64,000 nucleotides of DNA from Callorhinchus milii (GCF_018977255.1 NW_024704743.1:88786001-88850000); one strand, 5' to 3'; counted from the stretch's first letter, positions 1 to 12,573 are shown. The notes: generated by a model not told the origin, from the letters alone. Made by a program: numbers and translations.

Positions 1-430
1 CCCTCTCAATAGCTTCTTTCTCGATTGCTACAAATTTCAGTTGTACCCAGCTTTGCTCCCTCTGAGCTTATCCTGCAGCCTGCACTGATGACATAGATGT
101 AAATGATTAGACTCAGACTGATCCTGGCTGCCAGTAAAACACCGGAAAATCGCTCTTCAGCCTCCGCAAAATAAGGATGGAAATAAATCACACCAGCTTC
201 TTTTATAATTAACAGATTAGTTTCAATTCTAAATGCTATATGGATCTTATAATTTATATATATAAATATATATATATACACATAACCTTTAAAAGTAATA
301 AGTAAATGTGGAAAAATACAATGTTTTATTGACAATCTATTTTGCTTTTCTTCACAGAACAGAAAACAATCAAACGGGTATACACGTCTATTTTTTTCTT
401 TATTCCTTGTGTCTTGATGTTCTGATTTTA

Positions 431-622
431 GGGTGTCAGCCTGGCACAGATGGTAGTACTCTCAGCTCAGAGAGTCAGAAGGTTGTGGTTTCAAGCCCCA
501 TGGCGGTTCTTTAAACTCAGTGTACGCTGACACTCTAACATAGCACCGGGGGAATGCTACAGGCGCTTTCCTTCAAATGAAATGATTAACGAGCTCCTGT
601 CTGCCTGTTCAGGTAGATGTTA
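431..622 (+). mobile_element. Old Deu-domain SINE, 5' part
   Basis: tRNA-like head (gtcagcctggcacagatggtagtactctc...gtcagaaggttgtggtttcaagcc) followed by a Deu-like block (cttcaaatgaaatgattaac...ctgcctgttcaggtagatgtt); matches copies at 19577, 21079, 59155. Confidence 0.7.
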
Positions 623-1045
623 TTGTCTTTGGAGAGGATGTATGGTGTAAAGGGAGAGAACAGGAAGGGAAACCAACATGTTGTTATTGAAATTGAAAAA
701 ATACTGAAAATCATCAGAGGCTGTTTGTACTTCGCAGCTTAACTTTTATTTCTTGGTGTTACTAAAATTCCTCATCACTCAGTCTTGCACTGAGACTACT
801 GCTAGTGACTGCTGTATGGAGTGTGATTGGCAGTAATTGCAGTTTTATAGTCCAGTTGACTGAAGGCAGTAACCTCCAGGTTTTATCAGTAAGCCTGACG
901 AACTGCCTTTGCAGCTCATGTTTAAACATATTGACATTATGGAAAGACTATCAATTGCCATTTCCCTCAGGCTAAGAGTTACTTCTGCAGGCTATAGCAA
1001 GCAAGATAATAATCCAATAAAAATATATATGGGCACTAAAAAAAA

Positions 1046-1079
1046 AGTACATAAACATAAACAGTACATAAACATAAAC
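1046..1079. repeat. 17-bp tandem duplication (agtacataaacataaac x2)
   Basis: Direct repeat read from the sequence. Confidence 0.9.
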
Positions 1080-1380
1080 ATTTCATTAAAGTTACAGTGA
1101 GTATTAAAATCGACACCAAGAAAACAGAAATAGAAAGTGCCCATTTTTGTAAGGATAGAGCACAATCTAAAAAATTAAAGTCTTCATTGTATCATTTGGT
1201 TTGAAAAGCACATTCCATCATTGCCATAGGACATTGTTATAGGTTCTGGACTCGTTGAACCTCACTGTGGAAGGGGACACAGTCCAATTAAATGAAGAAA
1301 GTGTGGAAGTTTAAAACCTTTGGAGCTTATAGAAATGCAAAAGTTTAAAATGGGATAGCAAAAGGAAACGCAGAACAGTG

Positions 1381-2088
1381 CTTTAGGATCAGGAAGGATA
1401 TATTGACTCTGGAGTGGGTGCAGCGCAGATTCACCAGAATGATACCAGGGCTTAAAAGGTTAAATTATGAAGACAAGCTCCATAAACTTGGTCTCCATTC
1501 CCTTGAGTTTAGATGGTTGAGGGGTGATCTGATTGAGGTTTTCAAAATAATAAAGGGATTCGAAAGGGTAGCTACAGCGAAACTATTTCCTCTGGTGGTG
1601 GAATCTAGAAATTCTCTTTGACCGAGCCTTCAGCTCCCCTCTCGACTCTCTTCCCCCTCCTCACTCCCTCCCTTCCCTCCCCTCACCCTGACCATTTCCC
1701 CCCTGCTCGTGTCCTGACCCAACTGTGCAGCGCCTTGGGACGTCCTCCTGACGTGAAAGGCGCTTTATAAATGGAATCTTGTTGTTGTTGTTGTTGTAGA
1801 ACAAGGGGACATAATCTTAAAATTAGAGCTAAACCATTTAGGAGTGAAATTAGGAGATAGTTTTTTCACACAAAGGGTAGTGGAATCCGGAACTCTCTCC
1901 CCCAAAAGGCTGTGGATGCTGAATCCATTCAAATTTTCAAGACTGAAGTGGATGGATATTTGTTAGGTCAGGGTATCAAACGATATGGGGCAAGGGCAGG
2001 TAATTAGAATTGAGGCACAGATCAGTCATGATCTAATAGAATGGCGGAACAGGCTCGAGCGCCTACTCCTGTTCCTATGTTCCTTCCT
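1381..2088 (+). mobile_element. CR1 LINE 3' end (family A), interrupted by L2
   Basis: ORF 1403-1621 LEWVQRRFTRMIPGL..YEDKL..LGL.SLE..RGDLIEVFKI is the CR1 ORF2 C-terminus; 3'UTR ends cctactcctgttcctatgtt. Confidence 0.9.
1611..1796 (+). mobile_element. L2 LINE 3' end inserted in CR1
   Basis: Pyrimidine-rich UTR, stem-loop agcgccttgggacgtcctcctgacgtgaaaggcgct, (TTG)n tail; TSD tagaa at 1606-1610 and 1797-1801. Confidence 0.9.
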
Positions 2089-2089
2089 A

Positions 2090-2352
2090 ACAAAAGTAGA
2101 ACAAGGGGTTTAGAAGTGCAAAGGGCAATTTCATGGAAAACACCAGGAAGTGTTTCTTGACTCAGAAGGTAATTAACAAACTGGAACAGGTTACCAGGAA
2201 GGTTGACGAATGCCAGGACACTGGATTCATTTAAAGCACAGCTTGATGCTGTGATGGAAGGCCAGTAGCATGGGGATTTGAAAGATAAGATCACATGGGC
2301 TGAAAGGCTTTCTTCATTCAAGTCAATCTTCCAATCTTGTAAGCTTGTGATC
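2090..2352 (+). mobile_element. Old CR1 3' end (family C)
   Basis: agaacaagggg..ttgactcagaaggtaattaacaaactggaacaggttacc; tail gggctgaaaggctttcttcattcaagtcaatctt shared with 50440, 45960, 59800. Confidence 0.7.
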
Positions 2353-3984
2353 AAGCTCCTTTTTAAACAAATCTGGTGTCCTACATATCAGGAGATATCA
2401 AGTTCTCCTCTTGAATTAGCTTCAAGAAAAAAACAGTAGTTAAATGAATTGTTATTTATTTTGCTACTTTCACACTTGTGCTAATATTAGCTTCACACTA
2501 GCAGTATAAGAATATGTTTTTTTCACGAAAATACACTATAGCTCTGGTGCCTGGCCTAACCTACAGATAAGCAGAAACAATAATGCTGCAGTTTCAGTGG
2601 CTTACAAATCCCAAACATTTCAGCATCAGAACAACTTGTTTAGATTCTATGATTAATTCTTATCTGAACTTGTATTTTTTGGTTTATTTTGAAACAGTTC
2701 AAAGCCATCTTATGATACATGTGATGAAAAGCCTGGCATAATTAATTTTCATGAGGAGCGGATCCCCTTCGGATCAGTTGATCCTCAACAATGCTTTTTT
2801 TTGTTACTTTGAAGAGCAGGGATTTCTCAGCTGGCAATTCAGATGGATTTGAACATCATTTGATCAATGCTCAAGTTCCCATTAAAGTCTTAAGTAAATC
2901 AAGTACCATTGCTGCAGAATATCTGACTATCGCATGAATCAAAGCCTAAAAATGTTTTGTATCTGCAGTAACAGATCAATGTGAAATTGGGCAAGACCTT
3001 TTCTATTTGCAATTTTGTCTAGAACACTTAACTTGTATTTCCACTCCTGCTACTTGCTAGCCAGTCCCAACTGCTCTTTGATTCCCCCAACCCCCCAAAA
3101 ATAGAGTTTGTAAATCTCTGCTTGTTGGGTGAAGATATGATCTGACTTATTTGTAATACCATCCACAACCAAATACCTGCCAACGTCTTCTGTCCAGTTT
3201 CAAATGTGAAAATAGTGACTTGAGTGAAGTAATTGAGTGCCTTGAATCAATGCTTGCAGGTGTGGAGAAAAGGAGAAAACTAGATGGAAAACAAAAAATG
3301 AAACACACTTTCTACATACTGTAGGCATATGTTTAAATATGTCCAATTAGAATGATGCTCGAAGATGCTTGATATCATAGGGCTATTAAAATAATTGTCA
3401 GATGAGTAAAGTGTACGATTTTGTTACAGAATGCCTGGTAGCGACTTTCAACTCGTGACCGAGTGGATTGTCAATTGGACATCATTGTCATTGTGAAGCA
3501 CTAGTTTTATGCAGGAGGGCTTTTAGTAGTAATACAAAATCGAAACATGTCCTAAGAAGCAGAACCATTTCAATTTGCCCACAAGCCAAGTGCCTTGTTA
3601 GATAAATTTATTCATGATATCTTGTACAGGGTGATATCTTTGGTCTTTTATTGGCTTATTATGATCCCAAACTGCACATTTCCAGTAGGCAAATTGTATT
3701 CATGACAACCACAACTCGTTTTAAGCTGGGAAGAAAGCAACTGAGGAAAATTGGATCTTCCAAGCTAAAGGGCTATGGATTGGCATGTGAGGGAGCTACC
3801 CACTAACAATTGAAGAGCAATATGCTTGCTGGAAACAATACTAATAGGAAAAAATTTCAGAAAATAGCAGATAACTGTGCTAAGAGAGGAAAGTCAAAGT
3901 TTGCTCAGTCACAGTGGAAGACAATCATCTAACCAAATCTTTCTGGTTTAACCCATTGTCTCCTATTTGTTTCAATCTTACATC

Positions 3985-4092
3985 TTACAAAATACACAGT
4001 CACGACACTTTAAAGTGTATTCCATGAAGTGCTTTGAGACGTCTCGATGACATGATAAGGCGTTATATCAAATTCAAGGATTATTATTATTA
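3985..4092 (+). mobile_element. SINE 3' fragment with L2-type tail
   Basis: gaagtgctttgagacgtctcgatgacatgataaggcgttatatcaaat..(tta)n. Confidence 0.8.
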
Positions 4093-4099
4093 TAGAGTC

Positions 4100-4186
4100 A
4101 GGCTCACCACTGTTAAGCGCTCTGAGATGCTACCCTGTGTGGAGGGTGCTATATAATTGCAAGTTGTTGTTGTTCTTGTTGTTGTA
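4100..4186 (+). mobile_element. Diverged L2 3' tail
   Basis: aagcgctctgagatgctaccc..gggtgctatataattgcaa(gtt)n. Confidence 0.65.
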
Positions 4187-4589
4187 GTGATGTGATCAGT
4201 ACTACATATACACAGGAGCAATATCCATTCCTGTTCAATGGAATCCGAGAGTCCTTAGTTGTTTCACAGCTGGACTTGTATCTGCTAAATTGTAAAACAT
4301 CTAATGTTGGTGAAGCAAAGAGAAAGGAAACATTTGATTTATCTGTGGTAACACTTGAAGAAAACTATACAGCAGTAGTAGGAGAAGTGTTATGATATCC
4401 CTTTGTTTCAGATGATCTCAAACTGATAAATCAGTGTTATTCCTCTTGAAATGGCCCATCTGAGAGCTTTTGCACTCTGGCTTATGTGAATAAATCACCC
4501 AGACCAATAATTGTAAGAAATGGGACTGGAAAGTATAAATAATGTAACTGATCCGTTCTATGTTCTTGCCATTGACTTGGATAAGAGCA

Positions 4590-5025
4590 TTTATTAGAGT
4601 ATCATAAAATATACTGATGAAAGCAAGCTCTGTTTGTAGGTAAGTAATACAAGGCAGATGAATAGGGTTCAGGGCAATCTGGATCAATCAAACTGATTGA
4701 CTAAGGAGTAGCAGATAGATGTTCAGCTCGATAGATGTACATGAATACATGTTGTTGCAAAAAACAGTGAACATTTATACAAAAGAGTTGTTCATTACAA
4801 AAAGACTTGAGTGCGATTATTGATCATACGTTGTAGGTTTTAAGACAATGTGAAATCGCTGGTATCAAATCTAATCAAACATTGTCACATGCTGAGGGCA
4901 TTTGGCCATAATTCAAAATACTTTATTCTAACCTTGTATAGATCAGAAGAAAGATTAAGGGAGACATGATGTAGTTCTCTGAAATGATGAAAGGCAAAGA
5001 TAATAAATATTTAATCGACTATTTG
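4590..5025 (+). mobile_element. Highly decayed CR1 RT fragment
   Basis: Degenerate ADD-TKL and QM.F..DKC-like codons; agaagaaagattaagggagacatgat. Confidence 0.5.
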
Positions 5026-5054
5026 ACTTGGTAATATATCATTGCTTTTATCTT

Positions 5055-5655
5055 ATATAGCCTGGGAAAGCATTCTAGTGCAGCGCTGGAGAGTGCTCCA
5101 TTGTTAGAGTTGCCATCTTTCCAATAAATGTTTCACCAAAGTCCCGTTTGCCTGTTCAAGTGGACGTTAAATATACCGTGGCACAATTGAAAACGAGAAG
5201 AGAGTATCTGCCAGTGACCTGGCCACAACAGTCACTACACTTTATGGTAAAACCTGTGAAGTGCTTTGAGACATCCTCCCAATGCGAAAGGCATTATATT
5301 ATGTCCAAAGAGTGTCAGGATTATTGCAAATTCAACTTATTACATTTCATCTTAATTTACGGGTCAGTCTGGCTTGATTGGCAGAACGCGCATCTTTGAG
5401 TCAGAAGGTCGTGGGTTTGAGCCCCATGTTAGGACTTTGAGCTCATAGCTGATGCTGCAGTACTAGAAGAGCACTGCCAGAGGTGTCGGATGAAATGTTA
5501 AATTGAGGTCCGTTCCATGGCACTATTCAAAAAGTGAAGGAAAATTCTTTCATTGTCCTGGCCAACGACTGACCAGAAAAAAATTGGTCATTCATTTCAT
5601 GATGTCTGTGGGACATTGCATGTGCAGTTTGGCTGATGGGTTTGCCTACAAATGC
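5055..5655 (+). mobile_element. Two adjacent old Deu-domain SINE copies (about 5055-5330 and 5361-5655)
   Basis: gttcaagtggacgttaaa, tgagtcagaaggtcgtgggtttgagcccc, catggcactattcaaaaag, tgtcctggccaac, attggtcattca..gtgggacattgc. Confidence 0.7.
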
Positions 5656-7992
5656 GGCAGAGTTTATGTTACTTTTCTAAGTATGTTTGAGCTAAAATAA
5701 CTACTTTTTGCAGGAGGTTGATATTCTGTTCTTTTGTCAAGTGATTTCTATTATTATTATCATCATTATTATCATCATTATTATTATTTGCTCCTTTCTT
5801 CTGTCCATGACCTGTGATTTCATCATGTCAGAAAGGAAAAAAATAAGCCTTCTATTTCCTTGGTAGGTCAGGGTTATAGTTTCCAGTTGGCAGATGCTTA
5901 AAATCTTCTTTAGTCATGCCTTATTAACAGTATAATTTGCTCATTTAATCAGAAAGTAAAAATGGCATGTACTGATAAGATGATTATGCTTCAAAATTAA
6001 TGGATTCCAGAGCTGAAACACAAGCTGTATGCAACATCCAGGAAAAGTACGTGAATAAAGATTTATATACACAGAGCGAAATACATTTTATACATGCAAA
6101 ATTTCCACTCTTTCCTAGGATTCTAAATATAATGTCCAATTCTAAATTTAATTCTAAATATAATTACCAACCTTTGAGAGAGATTCTACCTGGGTCTATT
6201 TCTGTAGAATTTCAGAGCACTCAGTGTTTGGCAAAATTCTTAAATACAGCCTCAATTTTAAAGTTAGTTTTCTTTAGTTCTTACAATAAATGAGACTTTA
6301 TTTAAGAATTTACTAAATTCTGGATGTTCTGAGATGCTTAGAAAATGAAAGTGATCTGGGCACCAGCCAAGTTTATAACCAAGTGGCAGACAAGCAATTC
6401 TGATTTACCACTGGTTTCGCAAATAACCAACCACCAGAAATCACCATTATCACATTAGGTCAACTGAAATGAGAGTGAAAAGTTGCTGGAAGTTGGGAGT
6501 ATATGGATTTAGTCAGCAGTGTTCATGATTTTATTAATAGACAATTCTGTTTACTACAATTTGCATTTACACAGTACTTTTCCATGTCGGCTAACTTCTT
6601 GAAGGGCTGTCAATGTTGTGCACTCATGAAAATAAGTTGAGAGTTTTATAGCTCAACATTTTTGTACATGAGTTTCTAAACTCTGTGTGTCAAAGGGTCA
6701 ATGTTGGATGGCATACATCATTGAAACCAGTCCATTACTGTCTGAGCACAACAGAGATAAAGTGGTAGTAGCAGTGCCCCTGTCAAAGTGGCTTTGAAGG
6801 GACATAAATTAGTGGATATGAGGGGAAAATAAGATTCTACACATAAAGGAACAAAAAAAGTGCTAGGCACTTTCCACTGTGCCTGGCACTTCTAAGATGC
6901 TTCAAAAACAGTTATAACAAACTTAACATCTGTAAAGGACAATTGTCTTAACATAGACAAAGGGATGGAATTTGCAGAGTAAAGTTACGCTGAACCATAA
7001 ACAAACAGTTAATGTCACGTTTAAGGATTTGATGATGTCCACGCAGAGTGGTTACACTCTTAAAGTTGTGATTAACTCCCTTGGCATCCCACCAAAAATC
7101 TGGATCCTTTGGTTGCATATAATAAGAAAACAACATAGGTGATTTAAAAGTTTGCCAAGCCTTCACCTACCAGAGGCCACGAAGCATGACTGCAGCCATG
7201 CAGTTTATTACAGAGTAACAGAGTAACTCTAAATTAAATCAAACAATGTTGCCTATGATTAAAGGCTCAATAGACATTGGCTTCGAGAAGCACACAAATC
7301 AAGCCTGATATCTTGTTCACCAAATTTCCTCTCTTGTCCTCTTCTTTATAAAGCATTTAACTTATTTTTTCCCCATTAGATTACAGTTCCACCTACATCT
7401 ACCAACATCTCAAACAAGTGGGAATTATTCATCTGCTCGTGAGTGTTGACAAGTTGTTCAATTGCTGAGGACCTTACTGCCAGGGGGTTAGACTCCAGCA
7501 GTATCCTGATGCACACACTAGTGTCCCCAAGCCTTGGATCTTGCCAACCTGTGCTTAATACTATTCAGTATTAGGTAAGCAGGGTGCATCCCTGGGAAGG
7601 CACCAGACATTCCAGACATATGGAAATTTCCATGTATAAATAACATACATTTATGGAATTCTAAATCTCATTTGGAGATTCTTAAACATGGTGATGGGTT
7701 TCCACATGTGTCAGACACCCTGCTGACCACCCACCCCATCNAAAAAAATTCTTGCTCTCAGGGTGTATGTAAGATTGTTATTTGGAGTATCCTTGCCTCT
7801 TCTATGATGTGGAAACAATGCAATTCACACAAAATTGCAGTCAAGTGTAGTGATTGTGTATTTGTAGGGAATGAGGAGGAGATTGCGCAGTTCTCTCAGG
7901 TTGTAAAATATTAATCTCAGTTTAAGATTGCTCTGCCCATCAATGAAAAGCTGGAGACAAGAACTTTAGAATTTCCTGGTTATATTTCAGTA

Positions 7993-8232
7993 TTAATAAT
8001 AATAAACCTTGCATTTGATATAGCGCTTTTCACGTCTTCTAGACGTCTCAAAGCACTTCACAGAATAGACTGCAAAGTGAATTGACAGTACATTTGTGGG
8101 GAAATGCGGCAGCCAATTGCGCACAACAGTGTCCCACAAACAGTCGTGGATTGAAATGACCAATTTATTATTGTGTTTTTTTTTGAGGGATTATTATCAG
8201 GCGTGTAGAATAAGGAAATTTGCCCAAGGTTT
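7993..8232 (-). mobile_element. Composite SINE, short subfamily, 5'-truncated
   Basis: Near-identical to 14105, 24484, 28521 copies; (TTA)n tail on the minus strand. Confidence 0.9.
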
Positions 8233-8699
8233 GCAGCATTGGTTTTGTGTTCTGAGGCATTATGATTCCCATCAGCCTCATTTAATGCAGTGTTTCTGTT
8301 TGATGTGAAAAAAGATGATGACTCTCAACCTCTGCTTTGCTCTTCACTGGTTGTGCTAACTGTGCAGGTGTTGTTTTCGTGTCAGCCCATCACTGCTGCA
8401 AGTATCCTTGGGGATGGTTCCTAAAACATCTGTGGCATTTGAAAAAAAAGCAATGGGAGCTTGCATTGTCTTTCCCTTCCTGCTGTGTTCAAGCCTTCAG
8501 AATACTGCTTCATTAATAAGAAAACAATTTATCCAATAGGAATGATTCCAGAGTGATCTTAGGAAAAGCTTTGTTTAGTTTCAGTTCAGTACACACACTT
8601 TCATTATCTGGAGATGTACCAGATTTTTTGCATTGCTTCATGTTTCATCCTTCTGTACACTTTGAGCTGTTCTTATTCACCTTTGTGACTGCATGACAC

Positions 8700-9080
8700 A
8701 GGCCACTCAATCAGCAGATGTTTCATAAAGGTCATTCACATGCAATGATTTATGAGTTATAATGAGAGGCTCCAGAAGCTAGGAATGTTTACATTAGACA
8801 AGGGAAAGGCACGTGGGAGATCTTGTTGAAGTGTTCAAGATACTAATAAGTATAAATAGACTGAACTCTGGTCATGTGTTTAACAAAATCACAAACAATA
8901 CAACAAAGGGATACAGATTCCAGTGCATAGGAAGGAAAATGAACAGACAGTTTTAATTACTCTTCACAGGGAGTGGTTCATATCTGGAATAGACTACTAG
9001 GGAACAGGTACCTAGGGAAACCGTGGAGGTAGATTATGTCATCAGATTCAAGACAGAGTTTGATAACTATGTAATAAACA
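8700..9080 (+). mobile_element. Decayed CR1 3' region
   Basis: gagttataatgagaggctccagaagctagg..ggagatcttgttgaagtgttcaagat..atctggaatagact. Confidence 0.65.
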
Positions 9081-9084
9081 AATA

Positions 9085-9203
9085 AATTTGCCCACAAAAT
9101 ACCAGTCAAAAACACTTTACTGTATATCCTTTGAAGTACTTTGAGACGTCTCAACAACGTGAATAAGGCGCTTTATCAAATGCAAAGATTATTATGATTA
9201 TTA
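9085..9203 (+). mobile_element. SINE 3' fragment
   Basis: ttgcccacaaaatac..tttgagacgtctcaacaacgtgaataaggcgctttatcaaatgcaaagattatt. Confidence 0.8.
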
Positions 9204-9537
9204 ATTGAAGAGTTTGAGAGAGATAGAATAATGTGTGTTTTTGTTTATACTTTGCAACCAGGCAGATGTACCACAATGTTCTGCTGAGAACCTTTATATT
9301 GCTGTGTTCTTATGTAATAAGGAAATACATTTTGTGTACCCATGTGCTAGTTACACGTTTCAATTTGATGATCTTATGGTATGCAACGCATCTACTGGTT
9401 CCTGGGTATGTTGGAGGCAGATCTCTTGCGACATCCTTCTCAGGCCATTTGAATTACACATTCCTAAAATACCAGAATGATTCAGAAAAATCTGAGTTAC
9501 AATTTACTGCTATCTACTGTTCAGGTAACAGTAGAGG

Positions 9538-9830
9538 AAGTCAGCCTGAATCAGCTGGTAGCACTCTCACCTCTGAGTCAAAAGGTTGTGGGATGAAGCC
9601 TGCATTGGGACATGGAATTTATATTCCAGGCTGCCACTCCAATACAGTGCTGAGGGTGTGCTGGTCAACAATCCCCCTAATAAAATTGGTCATGTACTTC
9701 ATGGCTTTTTGTGGGACACTGCTTTGCGCTAAATTAACTGCCCCCAAGATACACAGTTATTACAATTTACAGTACATCATGTGAAACACTTTGAGATAGC
9801 TTCCTGATGTGAAATATTATTTTTATTAAG
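9538..9830 (+). mobile_element. Old Deu-type SINE with internal deletion
   Basis: gtcagcc..ggtagcactctcacctctgagtcaaaaggttgtggg head; ttggtcat..tgtgggacact 3' body. Confidence 0.7.
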
Positions 9831-10094
9831 AGTCATGTACCCAGACTAGTGACTTGTTATTATGTGTTTTAATAAACAGAAGGTTTGGATATAATGCAGT
9901 AACGTTTGACGCAGGATATACTTTATTCTATTTTACTCTATTCTCTTTCCATCTGGCCAGCTCTCTGTTCATGACACACAGACACAATATCAGTGATGAG
10001 CCCAGCAATCTGCATGTGAGTATCATCAGCATGATATAACATTTATAACTGAATTTCATAATATGGTCCCCAATTAATAGATCACAACAACACA

Positions 10095-10545
10095 AAATCA
10101 TAAGATCAGTTTGGATGAAGAAATCTCTTCGGCCTATTTGATCTCATTGTGGAGTCCTGTAGTTTAGTGGTTAGAGCACTCACCTCGCAAGCAAGAGCCC
10201 TAGGTTTGATTGCCGGCAGGGAGAAATATTGGGCAAGCTTCGTTACTCCACATGCCTCTGTTTACCTAGAAGTAAGTAGGAACCAGGTTGTTAGTCAATT
10301 GGCGGGTCGCTTTTCTGGGGATAATAATTCCTTCAAAAAATAAGTACCAGCTTCCCATCACAGCATCAACCTGTTTCATAACTGAGTTCAGTTGTCATAA
10401 AAGAAAATACTTTCTGGTATTGAAATTGCCTTTGAAATTCTAAAGCTAGTCCTCTTCTGAAGTATTGTTCTGGGTTTACTTTTTCAATCCCATCTAAAAC
10501 CTCTCTGTAAGGTCCCCTTTTAGCCATCTTCTCTCAAGATTGAAT
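10095..10545 (-). mobile_element. Old CR1 (family C) 3' region, interrupted by a SINE
   Basis: Reverse-complement tail ttggatgaagaaatctcttcggcctat; ttttagccatcttctctcaag. Confidence 0.55.
10150..10343 (+). mobile_element. Composite SINE, long subfamily, 5' half
   Basis: tggagtcctgtagtttagtggttagagc head; tgtttacctagaagtaagtaggaacc block. Confidence 0.85.
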
Positions 10546-10839
10546 AGAGAGTCTGTACTGTATCTGTGATTGTATATGTAATCTTTCGTGAGGAACATAA
10601 CAGAGAGAGCATCTGGCTCTGTGTGATAGATATATAATACTTTGGCAGTAGAGTACAGTTCATTTTGCTGTGGACCAGATTAAATAGGAATCTATCTGCT
10701 ATCTACACCTGTTCAACATTACAACATTATTGTCACAGCAAGTTGCTTAAGTGTAAAATGATGTTCAGCCCAGCGATGAAAGAAAATCCCTGGAAATGTT
10801 CTTGTTCACGAGGCTCATCAACTGAGGATATAAATGAAT

Positions 10840-11095
10840 GGGAAGTGTGAATTCAGACCTTCAAAGCCAATGGGCTTTTCCTATGATACCATGTTAAATC
10901 TCATCTTCACACACACACACTCACACACATATATACACATTTTCCAGCAAGAGTCACTGCATTAGAATCACAAGTAAAAATTGATAGATTTGTTTGATTC
11001 TCCAGCCCAAGGACACTGAGACAAATTATAATGTATCTATCACCACCACAGCTGAGCTCAGCAAATTCAGCACAGTTTAGCTATTGAGTTAACTT
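10840..11095 (-). mobile_element. Ancient unassigned SINE-like repeat (related pieces near 7430-7570, 18990-19110, 38545-38790)
   Basis: Shared motif gctgagctcagcaaattcagcaca / gctgagatcaggtaactcagcaca between the 11050 and 19010 regions. Confidence 0.4.
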
Positions 11096-11797
11096 GTGTC
11101 TGGGCATTGAATTATAATAACAACTTACTCTTGGTTTTCAAATAGGATGAACATCTCAAAGTGCTTCACAAATGTCACAAAGTAGGGAGGAGAGAAAGTG
11201 CATTTCAAGCTGTTGACCACAGTCACGGTCAAAGAGCTTCTTTTTGAGAGAGTCTTTGAGGCAGGGAGAGAAGGTGTTGGGCAAAGGGATTTAGAAATAA
11301 TGTTTTAATGGGAGGCACTGTGGCTGAAATACCAGCTGAGTTGCAGAAATGTCATTTCTAAAAACAAAAAAAAGTTTTCTTTTTTTAATTAGTTGTATTT
11401 TACCAAAGAAAGTTGGCTGCATAATTGTGCATGTTAACTCATTGTAGAGAAATGGAATGGTGCTACTAACCATGCAACTCTAGTTATCAAGACAGTCATC
11501 AATGTCAACAGACGCAGAGATTGGATGGCAGATCAGCATCAGTTTTTAATCTCACCTAATCAAATGGAAGATTGTTTCATAATTCCCCAATCTTGAAAGA
11601 TTAATTGTTATCTAAAATTGATTTAGCAAGCAGCTTTGAATTGTGCTTTATATTTCTGTCACACTCTAACTGGATAAAAGCTTGGGCATTTGAGCTGCCA
11701 TGGAAAAAAGCTCTACAGACTGCCACAGGTCACCACACTCTGTGTAATATACACACCCACACATTAAACTAACTTCTCTCTGGGCTCTCAGCATCAG

Positions 11798-11932
11798 GCT
11801 ATGCAATTGGCTGCCGCGTTTCGCCCACACCATATACAGTCAATTCAGTTTACATTGTATTGTGTGAAGCGCTTTGAGATGTCTAGAAGACATAATAAGG
11901 CGCTGTATCAAATGCAAGGATTATTATTATTA
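11798..11932 (+). mobile_element. Composite SINE 3' half
   Basis: caattggctgccgcgtttcgcccac..gagatgtctagaagacataataaggcgc..(tta)n. Confidence 0.85.
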
Positions 11933-12072
11933 TCACATTGTCCAAATGCCTCAAAGCACTTCACAGGACCTAGTGAGATTGTGAGGTGAGGGCAGAGAGA
12001 TGAAGTGAAATTTGAGTAATTACCTCCAGTGGATGAGCTATAGCACCACATTAGGTTTCATTCTAAACATAT

Positions 12073-12341
12073 TATAATAATAATAATATTAATCCTTGCA
12101 TTTGATATAGCGCTTTTCACGTTGGGAGGACGTCCCAAAGTGCTTCGCAGAACACACTGTAAAGTGAATTGACTGTATATTTGTGGGCGAACGCGGCAGC
12201 CAATTGCGCACAGCAATGTCCCACAAACAGTTGTCGATTGAGTGTCCAAATTATTTTTTTTAACAGTCGTAGATTGAAAATGAGCAATTTATTATTGTTT
12301 TTGGTTTTGGAGGGATTATTATTAGGTGTGTGGAGTAAGGA
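12073..12341 (-). mobile_element. Composite SINE 3' part with internal duplication (chimeric)
   Basis: SINE body with the aacagtcgtggattga segment present twice (about 12226 and 12262). Confidence 0.85.
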
Positions 12342-12492
12342 CTGTTCCTTGACTAAGGAATCATTAAAATGTGTTTTGAAATTCCTTCTGAATGTTGATG
12401 GAACAAAACCTAGTGGAAAATATTCTGAGATGCCATTTTGATTTATTGCTTAGCAAGGCCACTATTTTGGAAGTGAGAATGATCTTCTGGAC

Positions 12493-12573
12493 TAGGGATG
12501 GCCAACTTGTGGCCCACGGGCAACATTACGCTTGCCTAGAATAATCACATGGGCTGCAAGTTGTCCATACCTG
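12493..12573. mobile_element. 81-bp hAT (Charlie-like) MITE
   Basis: 26-bp imperfect TIRs (20/26 match) tagggatggccaacttgtggcccacg / catgggctgcaagttgtccatacctg; 8-bp TSD ttctggac/ttctagac. Confidence 0.75.

Noticed and set aside
84..110. CTGATGA motifs at about 85, 4614, 25048, 42027 and 22368 as further hammerheads
   Set aside because: No stem II followed by GAAA in the right geometry; the 4614 motif is a CR1 ADD codon remnant
342..384. Plus-strand micro-exon candidates (359-378; also 2698 onward and 42596-42619)
   Set aside because: Weak donors or in-frame stops; cannot be linked into a gene model
7580..7722. hAT-like element cagggtg..caccctg (also 15797-15872)
   Set aside because: Short inverted ends only, with no matching 8-bp TSD
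7741..7741. Single N base
   Set aside because: Assembly ambiguity between homopolymer runs, not biology
9233..9784. 183-aa ORF
   Set aside because: No recognisable domain, and its 3' half runs through a Deu SINE; likely a chance ORF
10150..11932. One SINE split into 5' and 3' halves by a 1.45-kb insertion
   Set aside because: The host CR1 resumes directly after 10343 and about 45 nt of SINE are missing, so these are independent fragments
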